Source of the DNA: Pseudovirgaria hyperparasitica
Taxonomy: Eukaryota
NCBI GenBank assembly: GCA_010093815.1
Contig: ML996570.1
Reading direction: 5' to 3' (one strand)
Length of the DNA: 64,000 bases
The notes beneath the pieces are model-generated. The model was not told the DNA's origin, did not search any database, and saw nothing but the letters and a program-made list of their open reading frames with translations. This document shows positions 53,705 through 64,000 of this stretch, piece by piece; positions within the stretch are counted from its first letter, which is position 1, and every line of letters begins with the position of its first letter. The position numbers and the translations under genes are program-made.

Positions 53705-53822
53705 GAATATATAGAGCCAGGCATAGAGCTAATATATAGAGCTAGGCACAGAGCCAACACATAGAGCTAGACCATAGAGCCAATATATAGAGCTAAACCT
53801 ATAGAGCTAGAACTATAGAGCT
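53705..53822 (+). repeat. ~13-bp degenerate tandem repeat (TAGAGCYAxxxxA) x ~9 in the 3' region of D
   Basis: Directly visible; the equivalent position in C (~29263-29320) has only ~3 degenerate units. Confidence 0.8.
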
Positions 53823-55132
53823 ACTCCTCCATCTTATTATCCGTTCTAACCTCTAGTATAGTTCTCTCTAACCGTACGACATAGCGGCGGAGGACGACGA
53901 CCTTAGCCTCTAGAGTAATAACCCGATCCGTTAGAGCCTAGAGGGAAGAGTCTTAAGCGCTAGAGCGTAGCGACTAGGTCTAAAGTTAGCTAATATAATC
54001 TAGAATAATCTAGAAGGGAATATATACCCTCTTACGAGGCGACTTAGAGGGAGAAATAATAGATCTCTTATAAGATCCGTTAGTAGCGTAAGACGGATAG
54101 GGGGGGATAGAGCGAATCCTCTCTACGGCCTCTATAGCTAGAATAGACTCCCTAGAATAGGTAGCCTAGGCGCTAGAGATCTTGCGGCGGCTAGAAAAAT
54201 TAATAGGTATTAAAAATAATTAACGTGCTTATAACTTATACTTTAATAACCTCTAGGAAGAGCTTATAGCGCTCCCTAAACTCCCTCTATATAGTAGATA
54301 GGCGGCTATAAGGACCCCCGAGGGTCTCATAGACGCGAAGGTTATTATATATATCTTATATACGCATAGGAATCTAAGAATATATTAGCGTGGACTACTT
54401 TAGATTATACTAGATTAAGATAGCCCATTAGACTTACCTATAGATAAGTCTTACTAGTCATGGTATAGCGGCGGTAGCGGGTAGATAGAGTAAAGATAGG
54501 GCGTATAGGCCCGTCGTGGTTAGTAGAGTAGTAGCTAATACTAGAGTTAGAGTGAAAGAGATATTTAGAGCCGGCCGCATGGCCCTTAATATACTCATAG
54601 TATATTAAACCGTAGTTCGCCGTTTTCCTATGGCGTAAACCGTAACTACGTTTAGTATCCTTAGTGACCTAGGCCTTATTATTAGTAGGCTAGGGTTTAG
54701 AGTAAATATTAAGGTCCTAAAAGAACCTAGAGTAACTAAATCGGTCTATATTAGACCGGAAGAAAGAGCGGCAAGGCGGCGGCGTGGGTAAGCGCGAGGG
54801 CTTGCGATTATTATCTATAACGAGATCTTCTTTATCCTCTAGAGAAGGTAGAGTAGACGGCGTACGCTTTAGAGCGAGAGGAGAACCTATAACTACTTTA
54901 TCTATAAGTTTAGTACTAGGATTACCTAGATTAGAGCGACTAGTAGCTACATTAGTAGTAGAGGCAGTGTAGTAGTAGCCCTAGCTACTCTCTTCTCCGA
55001 CTTAGAGCGCGCCTTCGTACTACTATAATAGGTAGACTTCTTAGCCGGCGTAGCCGGGGAGGAGGCGATACCTTTAGAGCGAGTCTTATGAGAGGAGGAG
55101 GTAGACTTAGAGATAGGACTAGTATTAGATAT
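53821..55132 (-). pseudogene. Antisense spliced accessory gene of D (orthologue of the C gene)
   Basis: Colinear with 27958-29262. Intron-1 donor GTAAGT intact at 54437. Last exon has the same length and frame (...ALTDRVITLEAKVVVLRRYVVRLERT...KMEE*). Confidence 0.75.
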
Positions 55133-55854
55133 CTATATATATACGTTAGCTAGAGATCTAAGAAAGGAATATTTATCTACCCTTAACGGCGATTAACGAA
55201 GCTAAATTAGTAACCGTAATAACGCGAATGGGTTATATAGGACCGGTTCTAACAAGAATGGACCACTATAGACCCTTCTAAACCTAAACTAGGGAAGATA
55301 GTATATGAATTAACGACTTACCTTAAGAGCGAGGTGGATATACTAGAGAATAAAATTAAAGGCAAGCGAAGCTAAATATATACTCGACTAAAGTAGTAAT
55401 TACGTATCCTAGGTAGTAGCCATAAAGTAAGGGATAAGCGCGTACATGAACTAGTAAAAGTAAACTAGAATCTCGAGTTCACCTATATTAAGGATAGTTA
55501 TAACGTTATAGGAACTTAGTTATAGATATATAGGTACACGATAGATTATAGAGACTTAGGATTATATATACTTAAGTACTTTAGGGCGAAGCATAAAAAG
55601 AAGAAGGATATTATTAGGACGGGAACTATAATAGATCTATATGGACTATTCTAATCCATGTAGCCACGTAGTGGCCAGAGCTGGGTTAAGTTAGCTAAGT
55701 TAAGCGAGGTTACTATATAAGTAGACCGCATAAACCGATTCCTACTCGTTAGGAGTCAACCTCGTATGAGAGTAAGATTACTCTATAAATACATTCCTAT
55801 GTCTCTCTATAAACTGTTAGACTACTATCCCACGTCTTTACTCTTTATAGATAG

Positions 55855-58800
55855 TACTACTATAGCTAAGTAAAGCGATAGATAAACGAAGGTCTTAACT
55901 ACTATAAGCTAGGGACCGCTAAAGAATAGGCGGACCCTATAAAAGAATATAAGAACTCTAAAGGGGCCCTTATAGTAAACACGGTATCCGCGGAGAATAT
56001 CTATAAGACGCTAGAGAAGAAGAAAGAGCTTTTACTAGAATAGATACGGAAGATACTACCCCTATAACTCTAGAATATAGCTCTACTATTTTCTAAAAGG
56101 GAAGCGGATAAACTCGCGCCGTACTAGCTAGGTATTAATTATAAAATTAAGATATATAAGAAAGCGGACGGGATACTAATAGACTTACTATAGAGGCGGC
56201 TATTTAGTATAGTAAAGGACGAGCTCCTTATACTAGTAAAACTTCTAAGAGACCTTCTAGTAAAAGGGCTAATTTAGTATACTATATTAGAAGCTATAGT
56301 CTCTATATTATTTATAAGAAAGCCTAGTAGAGAACTCCGGTTCTATTATAACTACTATACCTTAAATACTATTACTAAGCCCGACTAGTACCCCTTACTA
56401 CTAATACTAGAGACCCTCCGAAATCTAACGGATACTAAATAGTTAACTAAGGTAGACGTTATCGCCGCCTTCTACTAGATCTATATAGCCTCTAGTTATA
56501 AATATAAAATAGTATTTAGAACTTAGCTAGGGTTATTCGAATAGATAGTATACCTATTTAGGTTATTAGAGGCTCTAGTAACCTTCTAACGGTATATTAA
56601 CTTCTTACTATAAGAATAGCTAGATAACTTTACTTTAGTCTATATAGATAATATAATTATCTACTTAAATAGGTTAAAGGAAGACTATTTTAGTAAAGTA
56701 TATATTATTCTTTAGAAGCTCTAGGACGGAGGCCTCTACCTAGACCCTAGGAAAAGTAAGTTTACTTATAAAAAGATTAAGTACCTTAGGTTTATTATAT
56801 ATACTAATAGAAAAGGCGTAGGCCCTAATCTAGAGAAGCTAGAAGTAGTAAAGAACTAGTAGAAGCTAAATACCTAGAAGGAAGTACGACGGTTCCTTAG
56901 GTTCTATAACTACTACTAGATATTTATTATAAACTATTCTAAGCTAGCCGGGCCTCTTACGGTACTTACTAGTAAGAATACTCTATTCTCCTAGAGAAAG
57001 AATAAAGAAGAGTTATTCTAGGCCCTAAAGGAGAAGTTCTTAGAGGCCCTAGTTATAGTATACTAGGACCCTTATTAGAAGATATTCCTTAAGACGGACT
57101 ATAGCGGGCTCACGCTTAGAGAAGTACTACTTTAGGAAAATAAAAGAACTCTTAGACCCGTTAGATTTTTCTTACGGAAGCTAAATAAAGTAGAGATTAA
57201 CTATAATATCTATAATAAGGAGATACTCGCTATAATCTTCTACTTAAAGTTCTAGAACCCCAAGTTAAAAGTATATAGTCCCTTTACTATATAGATAGAT
57301 TATAAGAATCTTAAATACTTTATAACGAAGTATTATCTATTAGAATACTAAATATAGTAGTATAAAACCTTATCTAGGTACTAGTTCTTCTTAGTTTACT
57401 AACTAGAATCTAAAATAGTTATCTCTAACGCTCTATTAAGACGGGAATAAGATATACTTAGAGTAGACGATAAAGAGTCTAGGTTCCGTAGATTTCTAGA
57501 CCCTAAGAATATAAAAGATTAGCCGGTCCCTAAGGTAAGACTATCGGCGGCCTATACTACTAACTTACTATTTAAGAATATATTACTAGGGACTAAGCCT
57601 ACCTACGAAGAGCCGGCTTCCCCGGGACCTTTCTAGAACTACTCTCTAAATAATCTATAGACTATAATAGTAGAAAAGGACTTAATATACTAAACTATAC
57701 TCCGTATAGTAATAGAAGGAGTATAGTTATTTCTAAGCGAGGTAAAGCTAAAAGTCTAAGTAGTAGATTATAGTATTAGCTTAGAGGGCTACCTTAACTA
57801 CTATAGAAAATTATAGATACTAGGCGTAAAGGTAACTATAGAAGCCAAGTATAAAGTACTAGAGCCTAGCGATTTAGAAGGGGACGTCCTTTGGACTAAG
57901 CTTATCTAGTCTATATATAACTCGCCGCTCTACGGCTACCTAGACTAAGATTCTACTACTTCTATACTAGCACGAAGCTTCTACTAGCTACTATAGGTAA
58001 GATATATAAGATAGTTTCTATGAAATTATAACTACTATAGGCGGAATAAGGTATAGCGGGAATAAAAACACGGACTTCTAAAGTCTCTCCTAGTCTCTAA
58101 TCATTTCTTCTAGAAGATCTTAATAGACTTTCTTACTAATCTACCCGGCTTAGAAGGGAACTACTATTTATAGATTATTAAAGACCGCCTAAGTAAGACT
58201 ATAGTATTATAAGCGATATCTACTATAAAGGTAGAGAAATACGCTAAGGCGTTTATAGATTACTAGGTAAGGTACTACGGCATGCCCTTAGCAATAATAA
58301 GCGATTAAGGAATAAACTAGACTAGCTATTTCTAGAAGACCTTTTATAGTCTTACTAGAGTAACCTAAAGACTAAGCTCTATATACTATCCTTAAATAGA
58401 TAGAGGCCTAGAGAGAATAAACTAGAAGGTATAGAGCTATCTATAAAACTTTATTAATTAGGAATAGTCTAATTAGAAAACCTAGCTTCTAACTATATAA
58501 CTAGTACTAAACGCGCGCTACTAAGTAGAGCTAGAAATAAGCCTATTCTTCGCTATCTATAGATATAATCTATTATCCCCCGTGCCTCTACGGATAGAAG
58601 CTAACTCTAGTTTCTCGCTCTCTACTAAATAAAGAGTAGAAACCTTTATAAAAAAGATAAAGAATATTACTAAGCTATATTAAGTAAATATAGTAGAGGC
58701 CGCCTAAAAGTAAGAGAAGTCCACGAATAGAAAGTAAACTCTAGTACTAGTATACTATATAGAAGATAAAGTATAGCTCGATTTAAGAAACTATATAATA

Positions 58801-59237
58801 AGTTAACTAAAGAAGAACCTAGACTTAAAGCACGCGAAATATACTATAGATAAAGTTCTATTACTAGTATCCGTTAGACTAAGGGGGCTTCCTAGTAATA
58901 TCTACCCGGTATTCTATATAGATCTACTTAGACTAGCTAGCAAAGACCCTCTACCTAGATAGAAGACTAATAATAAATAACCGGACCCTATACTTATTAA
59001 GATATATAAAGAGTAGTAAGTTAAAGAGATATTATATACTAGGAATAAAGGGCGAGGATAGAGAAGAGAAGTCCTAGTAAAATAGGCTAGATACCACGAC
59101 CTAATATAGAAACCCTTAGTAAATCTAATAGATACCGCCGTATTAGATAAGTTCGAATAGAAGTTCGGACCTGCTAAGATAAATAACGGCCTACTAGAGT
59201 AGTAGACTATAAAGAAAAAGAAGATATCCGCCTAGTA
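55855..59237 (+). pseudogene. pol of element A (RT, RNase H, integrase, chromodomain), RIP-disrupted
   Basis: LTKVDVIAAFY*I (~56445), VYIDNIIIY (= YxDD, ~56640), YNIYNKEILAII (RNase H), integrase YYP*IDRGLER, chromodomain E**VKEIL...VLVK*ARY...*KPL (~59010-59125). Confidence 0.9.
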
Positions 59238-59369
59238 ACCTATAGAATACACGGATAAAGAAGAGGAAGACTATATAGTCTTAAGAGAGAATAGAAAAGA
59301 AATTCATTCTATAGAAAAAAAAAAAGAAAAAAAAGAGAGAGAACTAAACGCTAAAGGAAAAGGCCTAGA

Positions 59370-60650
59370 GGCCGGCATATTCTAATAGGTCTATAGGTTA
59401 GCCTAATAGGGCCCTAATACTAATACTAGAGGAATACTACCCGTACTATAATAGGAGGTTAGTAAGAGAATTTAACTAGAGTCTAGGATTAAACTTACGT
59501 TTAACCCTACTAGGCTATTATATTAGTTATCTAAGTAGTTACCTAGAAGGCGATAGTACTAAAAGCGTGGTTAGTAATTATTCGTCTAGGGAGTCCGAAT
59601 AGTCTTATACGGGAAGTAGACTAGCTACTTATAAAGGCTATAAAGCCTTTATAGCTTTTAGGACCTAGGCGAGGTCCTTATAGGCGTCTAGTCTAAACTA
59701 ACTATTAGCCGGGCGTTAAAACACGGAACTAGAAGAGAAAAGAACTTATACCCCGGTATTAGTCGACTAAGTCTATACTATATAAGTAATATAAGTAATC
59801 TCCGGCCTAAAATACTAAGTTAGTAGTTATTATAATAAGAGTTCCTGAGTTAGCTTATAGGTTCTAGTAATTTACCCTTCTTAGGGTATAACGAGTATAG
59901 AAGCGACTTTAGTTTAACTAAGTAAATTAGTAGAGCCTAACGTGAATAACACGGAGTCTAATACTTACTACTTAGTTAGCGTAGTCTTTACTAGCTAGGG
60001 CATAGCCCTAGTAGTAGATAATATTATTTATCTATAGAACCCGAGCATTAGTAACTAGACTCTAACTAGACGAGAAGAGAGAATCTAATCTTACGATAGA
60101 GAAGGACGAGGTTATTAAGGTCTAGAAAAATAGAAGGGAAACTATACCTTTATACTTAGGACCCTTAAAATTATAAATAGACCTTCGTGAATAGAATATC
60201 GTAAATAGAATATCTATAATATATAAATATCTATTTACGTACGACTCTAAAAATATATAAATAACCCTTATTCACGTACTCTTAATGGACGAGTAAATGG
60301 TCCCGGCGTATACGATAATAGGCACCCTATTAACTAAGAAGTACCTGGTAAGGGATAGATTAATATAAAAATAGTTCTTAATCGAAGAACTAAACCCTTT
60401 CTTCTATATACTTAATAATAGGTCTAAGGCCTAAGAAGATATAGGGCTAAGGCCTAAGGAGATATAGAGCTAAATTAAAGTAGACGCACGGATGGTAAGT
60501 CTAGTAGAATTTTACTAGACTTACTACGTGAATATATATATTAAGTCTAAGTAGCCTAGCTTATAGGGAGTACTATACGCGGCGGTAATAGAGGCTACTA
60601 CCATCCTATAATAACGATTATTACTACTAGAGTAATAATAGACACTACTA
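59370..60650 (-). pseudogene. Antisense multi-intron accessory gene of element A (product unresolved)
   Basis: Up to 8 short (51-67 nt) minus-strand intron-like units: 60470-60524, 60345-60411, 60214-60279, 60032-60094, 59918-59968, 59807-59858, 59693-59749, 59446-59498. Four retain GTAAG donors; most show CTAAY branch sites and YAG acceptors. Gene ends approximate. Confidence 0.65.
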
Positions 60651-61043
60651 TATTAGGAAGCTATTCTTAGATAGACGGCTATCTACCTAGTACTAGGGGG
60701 ATATAGATATAAAAGGAGCTACTAATATAGAAATTAAACTATCTTCTATAAATAATCTATAATAGATTTAATAGATAGATTCTTTTAATAGAAGATATAT
60801 ACGCCACGATCTAATAGCGGGCGTTAAGTCTAGTCGCTAAGGCCTATATTAGGGGGCGTCGTATATAATAATAAGTATTACCACGAGCTAATAGTAATTA
60901 CTACTATAATAACTAGGTATAGAAGAGCGGCTTTATTAAGGGTTTTCTAGGAAGCCGGTAGAAATTAGCCGGATAATACTTACTTATAAGTGGTCCGTAG
61001 CTAGGGTAAGATATAGTAATAAATAAGCGGAGGGAGGGAATAA

Positions 61044-61258
61044 TATTAAGGGTAGACCCTAGGTATACTTAACGCTAGTATACTACGCCTATACTACTAC
61101 TCTCTCCTCGCCTAATAGAGCTAAGCGAGCCCCTTTTTAATAGCGTACTCCGTCCCTTATCTTAAGGAAGCTAAGTAGACTCTAGCTTCCTCCCTTATCG
61201 AACTTACTATATTCTATAAATACTCTTACGTCTATATATACATCGTATTCCCGTAATA
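61044..61258 (+). repeat. 3' LTR of element A
   Basis: Colinear with 25317-25531; preceded by PPT, followed by TSD. Confidence 0.93.
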
Positions 61259-61559
61259 CTATCTATATATAAAGACTTATTCTAAGAATCTATCTAGAGA
61301 TTAGCTATTTTAGACTATAAAGATCTTAAATCTAGAGGGCGTATAACGCCGCTATTATAATTTTTAGTACTATAGAGGCTAGTATATTATAAAAGGTTCT
61401 AATTATATCTAGAGTATAGATAGATACTATAAGCTTAGCTTATATAGTATTAAGATCTATACCTATATAGATATATATTTAAGATATATTATCTAGGCCT
61501 ATATTAGTATCTTATCTACTATAGTAGTTAGTTATCTCTTTTAGTTTCTAGAAACTTTA

Positions 61560-62106
61560 TATAAGAATAGAGTTATTAGATAGTAGTATAGTTAGATAGA
61601 ATAATAGGGTATATTCTATTCTAGAACAAATTACTACCGAACCCTTTTAGTAGAAATCCGAGAGTATATATATAAAGGGACGCCGATCTATCTAGCACGT
61701 AACTATTTACCGCCCTTTACGTTACCTCCTAACCCTATTAGCTAAGGTATATATAGATTAGGTCCTACCTAAGGCTAAGTCCTAATAATTATCCCTTCTC
61801 TCTAGGAAGCTACCCTTAGTAACCTAGATTATTATCTATCTCTATATCTCTATTCTAAGTCTCGTAAGACCTTAGTTATTCTCTACGCTTCGTCTTAGAT
61901 ATTTACTAATATTTACTAATCTAAGATTTATATAAGCGTTTTTCTAATAAACTAGATTTTATCTATTCTAACTTCTTATATAGGTAAGATTATCTAATTA
62001 GGCCTAGCGTATCACGTAATATAATTAGGTAAGCCCGGGTACTACCTATATTAAAATCTTTTCTTAGAAATATTCCTTTCTTTAAAAAACTTCTTAACTC
62101 TTTATA
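61560..62106 (-). mobile_element. Element B copy 2: 3' LTR (61560-61787) + PPT + start of 3' region, interrupted by a LINE
   Basis: Matches 25979-26525; the remainder presumably lies beyond the LINE, outside the window. Confidence 0.92.
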
Positions 62107-64000
62107 ATAATAATAATAATAATATTGTATAACTAGGTAGAGTAGTACTCTACAGGCCTATGCCTCCTCTAGTCTAAGCTACTATATAAGAAGAAACCCA
62201 AGAGGGGAAAACTTCCTTATGTCGATAATTACATCTCGTTAAACCTTTGTTTCTTCTTAAGTATACAGCTATAGGGTACACCTATTAGCCTACAGCCTAT
62301 ATTACCGTTGTTTTGCCCTTAGGCAGCACGTATAGGTACGGAGGTTATTAGTCAAGGGGTTCTTCCGGCATATATTTCCGGGTCCACTAGAATTAGAGGA
62401 GTAGTAGATATATAAGCATCTACCGGGCGACGTCCTTAGGGTACTTATTAAGCCATCGTATGATATCGGAGGTTCTTATCGTATAGATAAGCTTCTACCT
62501 TTACGTGTGAAGATCGGGGCATATTACGAGATAGTAGCGTATTATGCCTCTCCGGCCGCACGCCTTATACCATAGAGACACGTTAGGGACGCCTCTCTTA
62601 TAGAGGTAGTATAGGAGTCCTATGGCGCCCGTTCGGGCTTAGAGGAGTATAGATGCCTAGGCCTTTATAAGCCCTTTATACATCTATTTACTTAGCTCCT
62701 TCTATGGTCCTCGGATCTACTCTAGGTATCTATTCTACTAGGAGGCCCACTGGGCCCGGAGTATCTCTTTCTACTTATCTTAGATCTATAACTATATACT
62801 TCGTCTGAGCTCTCGAAGGCTCTATTAGTCTAGGAGGGCGTCTAGGTTATCCCTAATCTCTTATACCACTTAGTTCGAGTCTATTTCTATCGGGCACTTA
62901 TACCGTAGTCGAGTCCGGCCTATATATAAGAGTACTTAGTAGTGTACGCTAACCCGCGCGCGTAGCGCGGCGAAGGTATATTCTATATTTTCTACACGTT
63001 CCTATGCTTATTATTTAGTAAAGTATAATACCCTCTATGTCTAATAGAAGTTCTATATACTTATTATATTTGTCTCGCGTCGTAGTAGCGCTATATTAGT
63101 AGCTTTATATACACTAGAGATAAGACGGAGTATGCGGTTTTATACGGATTCGAGCTTCGTTCGCCTAGCCTATATAAGGGCCGTATACTAGTACTCGTGT
63201 CCGTATGTAAAGGCTAGTCGTGCTATAGAGACATATAGTTAGCGTGCCTTATCCCGGGCGGTTCCCTACGTAGAGGCCGTAATCCGGCATATAGTAGCTT
63301 CTACCTAGAGGGCCCTAGAAACGGCGTATACTACCTATGGTCCCTATTTAAGCTTATTATCGATCATGACGCCAAGTGCGTGTATGCTTTATATCGGCGG
63401 TTCGTCGAAGGCGTCTATTCTAGGGCGTCGCTTGCCTTCCCTAGTAGCCCATTTCCTACGGCGGTTAATAAAGTGCATAAGTTAGTACTTTTCGGGGGCG
63501 AACTTTACTCCGTGGCGCTTTGCCCATTGGACGCATCTCCCGTAGTCTTATTCGAGTCGTCTATATATTTAGCTAGTATTATTATCGATAGCTAGAAGGT
63601 ATATATCATCTACGTATCCTACTACCTCTATATATTATATTCCCTAGAGGAGGTCTATAGTAAAGAAGAGGAAGAGGATCGGGGAGATAGTACTTCCTTA
63701 TAGAATGCCGTAAGCCGTCTTCTCGTACTTACTTCGATATCCGGGGATATATATCTAGGTAACTCTTTCGGCGAGGAAGGACTATATAAACCGCGTAATC
63801 CACGCGGGTATACGCCTATTCCGCAGGTTATGGATAAGTCTCGTGTAGTTTACTTTATCGAATACGCCGGCCATATCGAGGGAGAGTAGTGTTACTACAC
63901 GTCCCTACTTCTATACGGTCTAGACGACTTTAAGGATGTATTAGATAGCGGTAATTAGGGAGCTTCTAGCCTTCGCCTTCTAGTTTACTAGAAGGAGGTT
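62107..64000 (-). mobile_element. Second copy of the Tad1-like LINE (3' 1.9 kb visible)
   Basis: Reverse complement of ~45060-46990; (ATT)n tail at 62107-62125 abuts the B copy 2 sequence. Confidence 0.93.

Larger units (their letters stand above)
47894..55849 (+). mobile_element. Ty3/Gypsy chromovirus 'D' (7956 bp), sister subfamily of C, inserted in the protease-RT region of A
   Basis: 238-bp LTRs 47894-48131 (starts TGT) and 55612-55849; TSD GATAG; PPT AAAAAGAAGAAGGA. Confidence 0.94.
25317..61258 (+). mobile_element. Ty3/Gypsy chromovirus 'A' (outermost; ~7.26 kb native after removing insertions), RIP-inactivated
   Basis: 215-bp LTRs 25317-25531 and 61044-61258; 5-bp TSD CTATC (25312-25316 / 61259-61263); PPT GGAGGGAGGGAA before the right LTR. 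gag/PR pieces at 25532-25978, 41394-41704 and 47007-47893; pol at 55855-59237. Confidence 0.93.
24700..64000. other. AT-rich, RIP-mutated repeat block (probable heterochromatin)
   Basis: Abrupt near-absence of CpA/TpG and excess of TpA. Repeat copies differ almost only by C>T/G>A. TAG/TAA replace conserved Trp/Gln codons. Almost no ORFs. Confidence 0.95.

Noticed and set aside
60095..60344. BTB/POZ-like reading of the A accessory gene (VLLS**GAYYRIRRDHLL)
   Set aside because: An alternative frame is equally open, and the downstream exon phase is ambiguous after RIP.
41730..63595. Short ORFs called within the RIP block (41730, 43250, 45463, 54784, 63380)
   Set aside because: Chance antisense frames of LINE or accessory-gene relics; 45463 and 63380 are the same LINE segment in two copies.

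Overview
Filamentous-ascomycete (Pezizomycotina-type) genomic window in two sharply separated halves. Bases 1-~24,000 are ordinary gene-dense DNA with ten genes: a partial hypothetical gene, a disordered hypothetical protein, a Dip5-like amino-acid permease, a CorA-like GMN-motif protein, a PPIL2/Cyp8 cyclophilin, a membrane hypothetical, a Ktr5-like mannosyltransferase, a DUF4604-like protein, a UIM/Tdp1-like phosphodiesterase and a Tul1/Dsc1 RING ligase. Bases ~24,700-64,000 are an AT-rich block heavily mutated by RIP (repeat-induced point mutation). LTR pairs and target-site duplications resolve it into a nest: chromovirus A (25317-61258) contains chromovirus B (25979-41388, itself containing chromovirus C, 27231-35241), a full-length Tad1-like LINE (41705-46990) and chromovirus D (47894-55849, a sister of C). 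A second B copy, interrupted by a second LINE, follows. Main finding: each complete LTR element carries, between pol and the 3' LTR, an ANTISENSE, intron-containing accessory gene. In B, C and D it has 4 exons with intron phases 0-2-0 and, after inferred reversal of RIP, a Zn(II)2Cys6-like cluster, a basic motif and a C-terminal coiled coil. A carries a different gene with about 8 introns. All four elements also show Tf1-type self-priming complementarity instead of a tRNA primer-binding site. All work was done by eye; no searches were run, and novelty is untested.
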